From positions 17,582,553-17,646,360 of the forward strand of contig JARDVH010000099.1 in NCBI GenBank assembly GCA_030324005.1: a DNA stretch of 63,808 nucleotides, given 5' to 3'. Made by a program: the position numbers and the translations under genes. The notes under the pieces are model-generated. The model searched no databases and was not told the origin of the DNA. It saw nothing but the letters and a program-made list of their open reading frames with translations. Positions 12,179 through 25,002 of this stretch are shown one piece after another; the stretch's first letter is position 1, and each line of letters starts with the position of its first letter. This stretch comes from Negaprion brevirostris. Lineage: Eukaryota.

Positions 12179-13409
12179 CTACAGAAAAAAAGGGCAGATC
12201 CTCCTTCTCAGCTGTCGCATTATTTATTTTAAGGCAAAATGTTTTAATAACTTTTCAGTTTCACCAATACATTTAGGCCAGACAAATATGCAAAGCCCAC
12301 TTACATTCTAAAGGTAGACATACAAAACCTTTACTCCCATAGCTGCTCATTTCTTTAATCTCACCAGCACCACAATAGTTGCAAGGGAGGTGTAGGACTA
12401 CAGATGAACATAATGTAAACTGCAGGAAACAGCACATTTAGTTTAATTCATCTTGGAATTGAGGACATGGCTGGCAAGGTCAGCAATTGGTGCCCACCCC
12501 TAGTTATCCTATGTAGATAGCAGTGGGCTGCCTTCTTGTAACCTCTGGTGGCTGGTTTGATACAGTTGAGTAGTTTTCTAGACAACTTCAGAGGGAAGTT
12601 AAGATTCAATTGGGTTTCATTCCCAAAAGGACATTAGTGTAGCAGCTGAGTTTTTAACAACAACTCAGTGATTCTTTTTCTTTTGGTTCATTCAGGAAAT
12701 GTGGGTATTGCTTATAAGATCAGCATTTATTGCTTTTCCTAATTACCCTTGAAAAAGTTGGGGAGGAGGGGTGAGCCACCCTCTTGATCAAGGCAGTGTG
12801 TACTGTGCATGTGCAAAGCTCAGACATTGCAAATATGTGAAAAACAGCATCCTGGCCTCAAGCAATGGCCCAATTACAGAACAATCCCATAAAATTTGGG
12901 ATGGTTGGTTACTCTGACTCCCACATTTCTCACTGAATCTGGTAAAGTGACCGGTAATCTTGGCTGTGAAGTTACAGAATGTAATTGAATGCAATTCTGC
13001 TGCTGATGCCTGACAGCAGTTCCTGGGTGCTCAGATTTGAGCTGCTGGATGTGGTCTGAATCTATCTCATTTAGCACAGTGGTAGTGCCATGCAACATGA
13101 TGGAGGGAAGATGGGATATTGTCTCCACAAGAACTGACACTGACTTTTTATTTCCACTCAAAATGGTCTGGCAAGATTTGAATTTACATTTCAGAATTAT
13201 GAATCAAGTTTTCGGAATTACTATTTTCTGACATACAGCAGGTGATACAAGTAGCATATTCTGGGAGGACCCTGTGAATTCAGACAAACGCCCTCCAGCA
13301 CTCAGGTGTTCCTCACCTCATGTCTAGTTCTGCTTGAAACTAATTGGTGGAGACCGTTTGCCATGATAAGTGTCGGTCATTGTTATTTTATTTACTAAGC
13401 AGAAATGCA

Positions 13410-13670
13410 ATTAGTCACACTGGGATTTGCTGACGGTACTGCAATACCAAAGGAGTGCTACATCATCAGAGGCACCTGCTTTTGGATGTGGTTTTGAACG
13501 GAGACCTCATCAATCCTCTCAAGCCTGTAAAAGATCCCACGGAACTATTCAAAGAGCAGGAAAGTTTTCCGCACTACCCTGCTCAATATTTACCTTTCAA
13601 AGCACATCACAATGCTATTTAGGGGACCTTGCTGTGAACGGGTTGGCTATTGTGGTACCAGCAAGAATAA
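13410..13670 (+). mobile_element. DeuSINE (SacSINE1-like) fragment
   Basis: TGTAAAAGATCCCACGGAACTATTCAAAGAGCAGG resembles the Deu core. Confidence 0.6.
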
Positions 13671-13673
13671 TAC

Positions 13674-13863
13674 TCCCACAGTCCAAAGGCGTGAGGGTTA
13701 GGTGCACTGCCCAGCTAAATTGCCCCTTAGTGTCCCAGGATGCGTAGGTTAGAGGGATCAGTGGGGTAAATATGTGGGGTTACTGGGATAGGGCCTAGGT
13801 GGAAGTGTGGTCGGTGCAGACGATGGGCCGAATGGCCTCCTTCTGCACTCTAGGGATTCTATT
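13674..13863 (+). mobile_element. HE1-like SINE, 5' truncated
   Basis: CTCCCACAGTCCAAAG...GATGGGCCGAATGGCCTCCTTCTGCACT...GATTCTAT. Confidence 0.8.
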
Positions 13864-13944
13864 AAAAAAATTCTATAAAATACACTTTGTAAGTAGTTGA
13901 TTGGCTATAAAGCCAAGCAATTATAAGGGCATTGGTGAGACCAC

Positions 13945-14786
13945 GGGCCCAATTTTTAACATTGCATTGCGCCCATTTTCGGGTGCAAAAACTTGGTAAA
14001 GCTGGGCATGAGGTGAGTAGCGTGATCTGCGTCTGCCTCTGTGCCAGTACCCCTTTACCAAGGCCCAAAAGTGGCCACTATCAGGACCATGCCCAAAACG
14101 GATGCGACAGCCATTTAAACACGTTTGCATGACTTTATGGGCTGCATGCCCAACTTTACTGGCACTTCCCCCTTTATCATCGTGTTCACCCATCCAGGTG
14201 CGAACAGACATGCTCCATATAAGTCCGATTCGGGAGCTGCATCAGTGAGGGTTAGTGAGCAGGTAAGTGCCAAGCGTCCAAAGCTCTCTGCTTGCAATCG
14301 GCGGCGGTGGGGGGGGTGGGGCGATGGTGGTGGTGGTCAGCTGCCGTTCTGCCTGAAATCAGTGGAGGGGAACGGGGGTCCGCTGCCAGTCTGCCTGAGA
14401 TCAGTAGGGGAAAGGGGAGGAGGTGCCCTCGATTGGTCTGGGTAGCAGAGGGAGTGGGAGGAATAAGGAGGTCAGTAATGTGGGGGTGGGGCAATGTCTG
14501 TAGGGACCAGGTGGAAGCATTATCTGGCCTGGGAGGGATGTGGCAGGGGAGCTGCATTCTATCATTTTTTTCCTGTGCGTGCGCAGTTGAAGGCGCCAAT
14601 CAGAGGTGCAGGATTTTGGGTGTGTTAAGCACCTCCCACAGGCTTGTGCAGCACAATTTGGAATCACTGATATTTTTGCAGAGTGCATATGAGGATGCCT
14701 GAGAATAGGGTGTAAAAGTCAGATCTGAAACACTCCCAGTTTCAAGTTTACCCAGCGCTTCAAATCAAAATGGTAAAATAGGGCCC
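13945..14786. mobile_element. Non-autonomous TIR DNA transposon (PIF/Harbinger-like)
   Basis: Imperfect TIRs GGGCCCAATTTTTAACATT / AATGGTAAAATAGGGCCC, flanked by 3-bp direct repeat CAC. Confidence 0.65.
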
Positions 14787-14789
14787 CAC

Positions 14790-15335
14790 ATCTCAAATAC
14801 TGCATACAATTTTGGTCTCCTTACCTAAGGACATGGTTCAGAAGAGGTTTACTAGATTGTTACCTGGAACAAGCAGGTGGTCTTATGAGGAAAGGTTGGA
14901 CAGATTGAACTTGTTTCCACTGGATCTGAGAAGAGTGAGGGATTACTTAAGTATATAAGACCCCGAACAGTCTTGAGAAGGTGGATGTGGAAAGGATGTT
15001 TCCTCTTGTGGGTGAGTCCAGAACTATGGGGCACTGTTTTAAAATCAGAAGTTGCCTTTTAGGACAGAGATGAGTTTTTTTTCTCAAGAAGGTTGTGCAA
15101 CTGTGGACCTTCTCTGTTTCAGAAGGAGGTGGAGGCAGTGGTGTGGGGGAGAGTCATTGAATATTTTTAAGGCAAAGGTAGATAGATTCTTGTTAGGCAA
15201 GGGAATCAAAGTTTAGTAGGGATAAATAGAAGATAGAATTCAAAACACAAACAGATCAGCCACAACCTTTTTGAGAAGCACAGCAATCTCAAGGGGCTGA
15301 ACATCTTACTTCTGTTTCAATTTCATATGTTCATA
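14790..15335 (+). mobile_element. CR1-type LINE 3' fragment
   Basis: Degenerate RT C-terminus (TATGAGGAAAGGTTGGACAGA...GAGAAGAGTGAGG) and tail. Confidence 0.8.
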
Positions 15336-15596
15336 AGCATTTCTGGATGTTCTGAGTTCATAAATACAAGAGCTTTTTTCTAAGAATTACCGTGCTTCTT
15401 TGCTTGATTGGATTTTATAGCGGATATCTGTATCTTTCCTCTAGTATTAAACAATACCAATACATGTAACAGTAAGTAGCAAACTTTCCAAAGTAGCAAA
15501 TTTTACTCATCCCAAGTTTATAAGGAAGGAGGATAAGCCTTCCCAGCACCTAGAGACTCATTTAAATTCAAAGGTGTCACTGTAATGATGACTTAC

Positions 15597-15772
15597 TTCC
15601 TCAAGTGGTATATCAATGTTGGTCATAAGAACCTTATTGTCCGTTCTCTGTCCCACAAAGACATGTTTTATGGTGGGACATGTCTTTACTGCCTCATCCA
15701 CCACCATCTTGAGCTCAATAATACGACCACCACGGACTTCTTGATTGCAGGTGATAATGGCCTTGCATTTGG
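15597..15772 (-). CDS. ACSS1: ACSS1 exon 4
   Basis: attag|CC AAA TGC gives AKCKAIITCNQEVRGGRIIELKMVVDEAVKTCPTIKHVFVGQRTDNKVLMTNIDIPLEE|gtaagt; 176 nt. Confidence 0.96.
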
Positions 15773-16632
15773 CTAATTAGTCAAAGACAAACATTCATTA
15801 GGCACTGTTTTGAAAAAAATGGTGCTACTGATATGCATTTCCTCAGCTAAAAATCTGGATCTAAAAACAGGGATCAGTGTCATAGCTGGGCTATACAACA
15901 TGCCCTGAGGTCAACTGTAATACAGATGACACAGCTGTGACCTTGAATAATATCCAATATCTCCAAGCAGCCACCCAAGCCCTGTTGCTCAGCCTCTTGC
16001 TTTTGTATCCTCTCCTTCCAGATATTGGGCAACAGTGAGTGGTGAAGTCAGTGTCAAACCAGCCTCGAATGACATCCAAAATCACAAGGGCTTCTTTGTC
16101 ATCGTGATCAGTCACTGATTTCAATTTGGCTTGTGAGCGTTGCAAAGAAGTATCTGTCCAACTACAAAACAAACTTGGCTTCATTACTTTCTGAATAGCG
16201 ACTGTTGCATGAATAATGGAAATCAAGTGATGCTTTGGAAACAGATGAATTTAAGTGGTTTTGTGTTTTAGCTACTTCCCTAACAAAAATAATGGCTACA
16301 GCAATTCAAAGCAAAAATACATTTTGAGATGACTATTTAATCATTAATGTAATGTAAGTTGTGTTACAGAAATGGTCCCTACTTTCCCTGTGTAAAATAC
16401 ACAGCATATACATTTGCTTAAGTAGAAACAGAAAATGCTAGAAATACTCAACAGTGATCACAAACTGAAATGTTAACTCTTGTTTCTCTCTCCCAGTTGC
16501 TGCCAGACCTGCCTGTTATTTCCAGCATTTTATTTTTTTTTCTAATTTCCAGCATTTAAATGTATATTTTCACAATGGGCATATAAATTCTTTCCATTAT
16601 TTTGGTTATCCATTAAATCATAAACAAAAACC

Positions 16633-16955
16633 ATGGTGGCACATTGGTTAGCACTGCTGCCTCACACACCAGGTACTAAGGATCAATTCTGACCTAGGGT
16701 GACTAGACGTGTGAAGTTTGCAACTCCTGCCCGCGTCTGCGTGTGTTTCCTTTGGGTGCTCCAGTTCCTTTTCACAGTCCAAAGATCTGCGCGTTAGGTT
16801 GATTGGCCATCCTAAATTGCCCCTTAGTGTTGGGGGATTAGCTGGGTAAATACGTGGGATTATGGGGATAGGGCCTGGGTGAGATTATTGTCAGTACAGG
16901 TTCGATGTGCCAAATGGCTTTCTTCCACACTGTGGATATTCTATGATTCTATTCT
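16633..16955 (+). mobile_element. HE1-like SINE, near full length
   Basis: tRNA-like head, V-core TTGGCCAT-CTAAATTGCCCCTTAGTGT, tail ending (ATTCT)n. Confidence 0.85.
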
Positions 16956-17069
16956 ATAAACGGGACATTTTTGTACATTAATGAAATATATTGATTAGAT
17001 AAACTGACATCAATTAAGCAAATATACATATGAGAGTCTCATGTGGATAGTCCAGACACAAGATTTTTA

Positions 17070-17420
17070 AAATTTTTTTCATGGGCTGCAGGTGTCACTA
17101 GCAAGTCTATATATAAACTATTCCAGAATAACAATTAAATTACATTGCTGTAGGTCTGAAGTCATATGTAGACCAGTTCAGGTAAGGATGGCAGATTTCC
17201 TTCCCTCAAGGACATTTGTGTTCCAGATGGGTTTTTATGACAATTGATTATAGTTTCATCATTAGCATTACTGTGACTAGCTTTCAATTCCAGGTTCTTA
17301 TTAATTAACTAAATTTAAATCCCATCAGCTACCAAAGTGGGATTTGAACTCAGACCACCAGAGCAGTACACTGGGCCTCTGGATTACTTGGCCAGTGGTA
17401 TTACCAAACACCACCGTTGC
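17070..17420 (-). mobile_element. tRNA-derived SINE (second family)
   Basis: Antisense homolog of 56745-57100 (GGTAAGGATGGCAGATTTCCTTCCCT). Confidence 0.7.
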
Positions 17421-17490
17421 CTTGCTTGTATTGAAAACAAACGCACCATTTCAACAAATTAATAAATTACAAAAGGTTTTGTCTACCTAC

Positions 17491-17690
17491 CATCACGGAT
17501 CCTGCCACTCAGTGCTTGACTGCTGAACCCTGCAAAGATCACCGTATGCACAGCACCAATCCTGGCACAAGCCAACATTGCAGCTATGCCCAAGGGAGAT
17601 ACCGGGAGGTAGATGGCAACTCTGTCCCCTTTCTGCACCCCATGGCGCTTCAAGGTGTTAGCCAGTCGGCATGTAGTCTCCAAAAGTTCC
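17491..17690 (-). CDS. ACSS1: ACSS1 exon 3
   Basis: [66 protein letters not shown]; AG/GT boundaries; 200 nt. Confidence 0.97.
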
Positions 17691-18602
17691 CTGTAACATA
17701 AAACATCCATTTACTAATCATTGAAGGGGATGGTTGGGGCTGGTTGTCAACAATTGTCCAGTTTCCATCAGGCAGCAGGGTGGCAGTTAAAATGGAGGGG
17801 ATTAAACAACTACGCTGTTCCAATTTGAAAATAGCTTATGAGGCATCTGCCTGAATCAGAGAGGAGCCTCGTACACACGTGCACACTGGGGTTCTATTAT
17901 GTCACTGGGATTCAATGCTACCTTGACCTGGTAAAGAGTTGTTCTGGCAGCAGTAAGCACGATAGGACCTTAAGGAGGCCTTTCTAACTGGTTTAAAAAC
18001 TTGCTTTGTTTTAAATTTTGCTGGAAGTAAATTTACCTACTTTCAGTGCACTTCTCAGTCCCATAAAGGCCTTCTCTGTCTTGGGTGCCATCTTCCTTCG
18101 TGAAGCTTAAAAAGTGGTAAACACTTTGTTTTATTTCTTATGAAGATTCCAAATTCAGTTATAATGTGTGACCAGTGCTCTAAACCACGTGGTTATTGTT
18201 AGTTCCCATTTTATTCTATTCGTCTGTAGGAATAGGGAAACACTAGCATCTTTACTTGACCTGAGGGCATGGAAAATCAGGACTGTGAGACTGGGCTCAC
18301 ATGTAGGACCAACAGTTTCAGGTTCATTCCATCAGAGAACATCCACAAAATATTATTATGTCATGATAATCCAGTATTAAATTAATACTGGATTATCAAA
18401 TTAATTGACTAATTCAATTTAACAACTTTCTACAAAAGTGACTGCGTTCAAGATTGTTCATTAAACTGCNNNNNNNNNNNNNNNNNNNNNNNNNNNNNNN
18501 NNNNNNNNNNNNNNNNNNNNNNNNNNNNNNNNNNNNNNNNNNNNNNNNNNNNNNNNNNNNNNNNNNNNNCTTTAAAGAGCTATTGTATGTGGAAAGTTGT
18601 AC

Positions 18603-18699
18603 CTGTATGTAATCCTTACTTCAGTGCCTGGTTCATCCCTCTCCCAAATCAAAGCCACCCTGTTAGGGGAATGGCTGGCATGGCGATCTAAACAATTCA
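18603..18699 (-). CDS. ACSS1: ACSS1 exon 2
   Basis: ctcag|TG AAT TGT TTA GAT gives (V)[31 protein letters not shown](R)|gtacaa; 97 nt. Confidence 0.96.
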
Positions 18700-19004
18700 C
18701 TGAGAATAAATCAAAGTTATTAATGTAAACTAAATGATTACTGTTAGAAGTGACAATTTAATGCAAAGTACCAACAATCAGTTGCATTTATATAGTGCAC
18801 ATAACATCAACCACCAACAACATCATAAAAGAGACAGAGACGCAATACCACTGTATATTACATAAGAAACATTACCAACATTCATCCCTTCCCCTTTGAA
18901 GGATTGAAGAAAAATTATAACTTCCTGACAAACATCCTTTCCAATAATCCTGAAGAAGCACTAAACATATTAATGCATTTACTTCACACATGTTATGGGG
19001 CTGC

Positions 19005-19260
19005 TCATCTTAGAATCTTACATTACTGAATGAGGCTATTTGGCCCATCATTCATGCGTCAGCTCTTTGAAAGAGTTTCCCAATCCGTTCCACTCCCTTG
19101 TTCTTTCCTCCATACCTCTGAAAATCTTTCCTTTTTCAGACAGATATCCAATCCCTTCTGAAATTCACGATTGAATCTAATTTCACCATACTTGCAGGCA
19201 CTGTCACCCAGATGACAACATTTTGGTATACAAGGAAAGTTCTCCTCATCTCCCCTCTTT
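19005..19260 (-). mobile_element. CR1-like LINE 3' tail fragment
   Basis: Antisense tail (GGCTATTTGGCCCATC...TCCAATCCCTT). Confidence 0.55.
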
Positions 19261-19270
19261 TTCTTTATAA

Positions 19271-19592
19271 AATCATAGAATCCCTGCAGTGCAGAAGGAG
19301 TCCATTCGGCCCATTGAGTCTGCACCAATACACCAATATAGCATCTTACCCAGGCCCGACCCCTGTCCTATCCCCATAACCCCACACGTTTATTTCCCTA
19401 ACCTATGGGAAATTTAGCATGGCCAATCCACCTGACCTGCACATCTTTCAAGTGTGGGAGGAAACCGGATCACCCGAAGGAAACCCACGCAGACACAGGG
19501 AGAGCGTGCAGACTCTGCACAGACAGTAACCCAAATTGAAGCTGAGTCCCTGGCCATGTGATGCAGCAGTGCTAACCACTGTGCCACCGTGC
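19271..19592 (-). mobile_element. HE1-like SINE, full length
   Basis: ATCATAGAATCCCT...GCAGCAGTGCTAACCACTGTGCCACCGTG. Confidence 0.88.
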
Positions 19593-19744
19593 TTTCAGTT
19601 TGTGAGTTTGTGACCAAAATAAAATGGAAAGAATTTGTAGGCCAATTGAGGAAATATATATCTAAAAGTAAAATACTTTGAATTCTGGAAACCGGAAAGA
19701 AAAATATAAAATGCTGGAAATGATGGGCAAGTCTGTACTCTAAT

Positions 19745-20345
19745 TACCAATCCACTTCCTTCAATCTACAATGTAGGTGCATTTAATATAATAAATTGTC
19801 TAAAAAGCTTCACAGAAGTGTAACCATACAAATATTGATAATGTGCCAAAGACTGATAATGTCCCAAAACCAGGAATAGTAACTAAAAGCTGAGCAAAGC
19901 AAGGGAAAGTGAGGTTTAAAGGGGGAAATCCAGAGCTCAAGTCCAAAGGCGCAACCAGCAGCACTGGAATGAAGGAAGTGGAGTCTGTGCAAGAGATCAG
20001 AATTGGAGAAGCATGTTTCTCAGTTCTTTGGAGTTGTAGGGCTAATACTAGGTAACAGACATGTGAAGAGGCAAGGACATGGAGGGATTTAAACACAAGA
20101 ATGAGAGTTTGTAAATGGAGATGTTCAGGGTCTGGGAGGCAATGTAGGGCAGCTGGCACAGTGGACAGAACTTGGCACAAATTAAGAAACAGACAGTATG
20201 GTTTTGCATGAGCTCAGGTTCATGAGTGTCGAAAGATGGGACACTAGCCAGGAGAGCTTTGGCATAATCAAATCTACAGAGGACAGAAATATGGACCAAG
20301 ATTTCAGCAGCAGATGAGCTGAGGCAAGGTGGAGACAATGGATGG
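19745..20345 (-). mobile_element. L2-type LINE 3' fragment
   Basis: CLSSSAAEILVHISVLCRFDYAKALLASVP resembles L2 AETLIHAFVTSRLDYxNALLAGLP. Confidence 0.7.
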
Positions 20346-20471
20346 GACTTAATCCTGCCCATCATGACAGGAAACATGATGGCTGGACCCAATTAATCAC
20401 AGAAGACGTCATTCATCAATCTCCAGACAGCAGGAAAATCTCCCATAATTAAGTCGGATGTGGGAAGGGCC

Positions 20472-20822
20472 CATAAGAACATAAGAAATAGGAGCAGGAG
20501 TAGGCCATCTAGCCCTTCGAGCCTGCCCNNNNNNNNNNNNNNNNNNNNNNNNNNNNNNNNNNNNNNNNNNNNNNNNNNNNNNNNNNNNNNNNNNNNNNNN
20601 NNNNNNNNNNNNNNNNNNNNNNNNNNNNAGGCTGTGCCCTCTAGTCCTGCTGTCCTTTCTGAGCGGGAAGAATCTCTCTACCTCTACCCTATCCATCCCC
20701 TTCATCATCTTATACGTCTCTATAAGATCCCCCCTCATCCTTCTAAACTCCAACGAGTACAAGCCCAGTCTATTCAGCCTCTCTTCTTAGTTCAACCCCC
20801 TCAACTCCAGTATCAGCCTAGC
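20472..20822 (-). mobile_element. CR1-type LINE 3' end (young, gap inside)
   Basis: LYSLEFRRMRGDLIETYKMMKGMDRVEVERFFPLRKDSRTRGHS plus CATAAGAACATAAGAA tail. Confidence 0.9.
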
Positions 20823-22139
20823 CCAATGCGAGAAATTTGCCTGTTCATGGTGGGATGTCATTAGACTCATTAATGAGCCAATTCACACAAATTAACCCTG
20901 GGTCCACCAGAATTTAATGGTGGGATCCATTATATGTGGGGGAAGGCTGGAAGTAGGTCACCTTCATGATGGGGAGGGTTTCCAAATTAGCAGTATTTTC
21001 TAACTTTGTTTCTGATTTCCAGTATTTGAAAGATTATTTCTTAGTTTTAACTACAGGCGAAAAGCAGTAGTAGGAGAAATCCTGTGAAAGTTAAAATACA
21101 ACTGTGGATTAAATTCAACAGTAATTAAATCTCTTAATAATGTAAGTACTTGGAACAACTTGTTCCTTCATCAAGAAGTGGTGCTTTACCTTACTCAGTG
21201 TTGCCTTTAATGACTGACACTGCTTCCCTGGATTCATTCAATGCTTCTATCTCCTTCATTCTCCCCATAATCTTTTGGTGGGCATTCAGTCATTGGCTAA
21301 GTGCATTTACTCCAAAGGAAAAGACAGACTTTGAACAAGTGTGATTTGGCTGTGATCAGCCTGGGTGGGGGAGGAGGATGAGAGGGGGAGCACTTAGAAA
21401 GCTCCCTTTCAGAAATCAGTTATATGCTAACAGTAGCATTGAGGCACTATCGCGTGTAAAATAATAAGTAAACGTAAAATTAGCATGCAAACAGGTTACA
21501 TACTGTTCTCCCAAAGCAGTTCCACCTTGTATTATCCAGATGCTGTCAAACTGGTTTTGCCTTTGCTATTACTGTAACAGGATACATCATTCAGTCTAAT
21601 TCTTCAGTTGTAAAAAAAACTTTGCCAGACCCCATCAGATCGGATTTAAGCATGGCACCTCACAAAAGGATATATCAGCGTTTTTTCTTTTATTTGCCAG
21701 AATGATGGTTTAACAGCCTCCTGCAGCATGTTTGCAAGCCGCTGGGAGCAGGGAGTGGGGAAGTGTATAGAATAAAGCAGGTGATCTCCTGCCTCCCTGC
21801 CCATATTATTGTGGTTAAAGGCGTCAGCCTGCCAGCCCATCCTCAGTCCCATTGAGACCCTTAGCTGACCAATTAGTGGCCTATAAATGGTATAATTCTG
21901 CCTCTGCTACTAAGGAAGGGGAGGTACCTTGTTTGGGGGATCCACTTTAGCAACCTGGGGCACACCCCAAGATCCCACCCTCCCTTTGTACCTCCCGTTC
22001 CCGATCCCTTCAGCTCTCAAAGTATAACCTTCTATTCACTTCCCCGAGCCTGCACAGAAGGCTGTGGCTGTTGGGGCAATTTAAATTTTTAAGACTGAGA
22101 TTAATCGATTTTTTTTAACTAAGATTTCACTAACGGTAA

Positions 22140-22575
22140 AGAAAGAACATGAATTGATGTAGCTAGTGTTTTTCACAACCTCAGGGCATCCCAAAGCGGA
22201 TTACAGACAATTAACAAATTAACAAGTTTTGGGACTGTTGTAATGTAAGAAACTTAATGGGCAACTTTGCCCCACTGGATTCCCAAACACAGCAATAAGA
22301 AAAGACCAGTTTTGAATGAGGTTGGTTGGCCAGGGTACAGGGAGAACACCCCCGATCTTCTTTGACATTGTGCCATGGGATCTTTCACATCCACCTGACA
22401 AGACAGAAAGAGTCTTGATTTAACTTCCCATCAAAGATGGTACCTCCCACATTACTGCAACTCTTTAGTATTACACTGGAGTGTCAACCAAAACTTTGTA
22501 CTCGTGCCTCTGGAGTGAGACTTGAACCCTCAGCCTTCTGACTCTAAGGCTGGAGTGCTACCTGCTAATCTGAAG
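22140..22575 (-). mobile_element. DeuSINE (SacSINE1-like)
   Basis: Antisense GTGCCATGGGATCTTTCACATCCACCTGA core and tRNA-like head. Confidence 0.7.
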
Positions 22576-23404
22576 ATAATATGCTAAACTCTTTTAGAAC
22601 ATGATTGGGAGTTTGGTCAAATTATGTGCATGGGAAGATGATTACTATTCCAATGGACAACCAAGACAGAATCTTTTGTGTTCGCTAATGGTGAGCTTGG
22701 AAACAAGAAGGGCACATACTTAAGTGGGATGATGGCAAACCAAAACTCCATTGCCCTCCTACCTTCACTCGAATTGACTAAAAATTCTGGACATGATCCA
22801 TGTTTGGCCTGCCCTGTCACCAGTTTAGGCCCACAAATGGAAAAATGCCCAAAATGGTGACATTTGAAATGTTTTTCTGTAGTGATTTAAGAACCTTAGT
22901 AGCAGTGGCAATCCTTGGCCTCACAAGCGTAATATGAGCTGCTGCACCTTTTTTCACTCCACGATCCCCTCCATTCCCCATTTTGGTCCTATCTTCTTGC
23001 TGACCATGTTGGCCTCGAGTCCACCTGACTGGCCCATATGTGGTGAGCTGCAACAGCATGGCCATTTGATACTCACTTGTAGCACAGTAATGAAGCTAGG
23101 TCTGCAAAGCATAAAAAGCGAATCATGGCTCAGCAAAAGGCTATAAACCAACTTCCCACCATTTTTAATAGAAGTCACTTGGAGATAATAATTAACATGC
23201 TCTCTAGGAGTGAGTCTGCCATTTAAATACACTAAAAAGAGTCTGTGCCTCAAATTTAAGCAGAGTTTTACTTTTAACGTACAGGACACAAGAAGGCTAG
23301 CAGCTGAAGGAAGGCCGGTAACTTTACCGCACTGATTATGGATCAGAGGTAGAAAAAGTGCTATCCCTGGTCCTTGAAGCTTAGATGCTTCCCTCTTGCA
23401 ATTG

Positions 23405-24080
23405 AACCTCTCTCTCTAATCTACTGACATTCCACCCACAATGTCCTCTCCAGCCCTCATGATCTAATCATGACTCCCCTCCATTTGGCTCCCCAACCTA
23501 ATCAGTGCCTCACCAATGATGTAGTCTTTGGTCCAACTCGATCTAATCACAGCCTTAATGTCTTCTCCAGTCTCCCAATCTACTCAGCCTCTCCAACATC
23601 CTGAATGGTCCTTCCCAATCTAATCAAACAGCACCCACCCCCCGCCCTAATCCCTTCGTATCTACTCACATCCCTAATGAGAGCCGGATAGGAAATTAAT
23701 TGGCAGGAAGATGTATAAACGAGCAAGAACTTTCCTGCAACCCGGATTAAACTTGCGTTGCACAATGGACACCTCCCAGAATGTGGAGGGTCCTGTCAAG
23801 TTCTGTTGGACTCTCAGATTGAACCAGACAGTTCATAAACAGTTTTCAGCCCAAGCTCCCAATGTCCTCTCTAGCCATCACTGAATCTAATCAGGGCCAC
23901 TCCAATGTCCTCTCTCCCCCTTGAATTTAATAATGGCCAGGCTGCAATGTCCTCTTCGACTTCCNNNNNNNNNNTCCACCCCCCCTGCAGTCCATATCCT
24001 CTCAGCAAACCTCCCCCCCAATCTAATTACAGTCCTCACCAATGTCCTCTCAAGCTTCCCTCATCCAATTACAGACTCTC
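23405..24080. repeat. Degenerate tandem repeat (AATCTAATCA...CCAATGTCCTCTC units)
   Basis: Motif recurs in 23415-23670 and 23860-24075. Confidence 0.55.
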
Positions 24081-24911
24081 TGGTGATTTGGCAAATGATG
24101 AGTTTCAATAGGCCAAATGGTTCTTTTTTTCATCAAGGCTGTCCTTTCATGGCTACCCCCTTCCCTCACCCCCCATCTTGACCTTTTGAGGTTATCAGTT
24201 GAGCAGTAGTTTGATTAGGTTGCGGTTACAGCACTGTGGGAGAGACCGCAAGGAGATGTAGAGAGTGCAGAAAAGATCATTAAGGAGATGCCCAGGCGAG
24301 GGACTTCAATCAAGAAGCAAGGTTAAAAATAACTGCATTTCCTTCGCACATTCATGACCACAGGATATCTCAAAGTGCTTTGGAGCTAATGAAGAAGTGT
24401 GAAGTGTCATCACCATTGGAATGAAAGAAATGCAATAGCTCACTTGCACATGACAAGACCCCACAAACAATGATGAAGTAACAACCAGATCATCTGATGA
24501 AGAGATAGAAATTGGTTAGGCTTGCTCTGGAATGTCAGTCTAGATTTTGCTGTGCATGGATTCGCTACCATTTTTCCTACATTACAAAAACTACTACCTT
24601 TCAAAAGTGTTGGACTGTGTGTATGAAGCACTTTAGCAGCCCTAAGGTGAGCAAAGTCACTAATTGAAAGTTCAACATTTGAACTGTTATGGAACCTGAA
24701 ATCTTAAAATACTGTAGCTAAGAAGTTTACTATTTTCAAGTTGTAAACAAAGCCTAGACAGTATTGACCTGAATCTTCCAAGTAGCACAATGCTGAATAC
24801 TTTATCACTGACTGCAAAGATTCTCCCAACACAACTCTGCTGCACATTTCCTCCAGGATCTTCCAATCCCAGCTATCACAAATATGCAATATCACCTGGC
24901 AACTCCATCAC

Positions 24912-25002
24912 AGTGGAGTCAGGGGATCGGAGTGGAGTCAGGGGAGCAGAGTGGAGCCAGGGGAGCGGAGTGGAGCCAGGGGAGCGGAGTGGAGCCAGGG
25001 GA
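24912..25002. repeat. 19-bp tandem repeat (GGAGTGGAGCCAGGGGAGC)n beside a large gap
   Basis: About 4.5 visible copies. Confidence 0.9.

Noticed and set aside
14125-14702. GC-rich ORFs of 95-136 aa
   Set aside because: Inside a TIR-bounded element, low complexity, no recognisable domain or splice structure
16633-16700. tRNA genes at the many A/B-box motifs
   Set aside because: They are SINE heads followed by a V-core and LINE-like tails; no full cloverleaf seen
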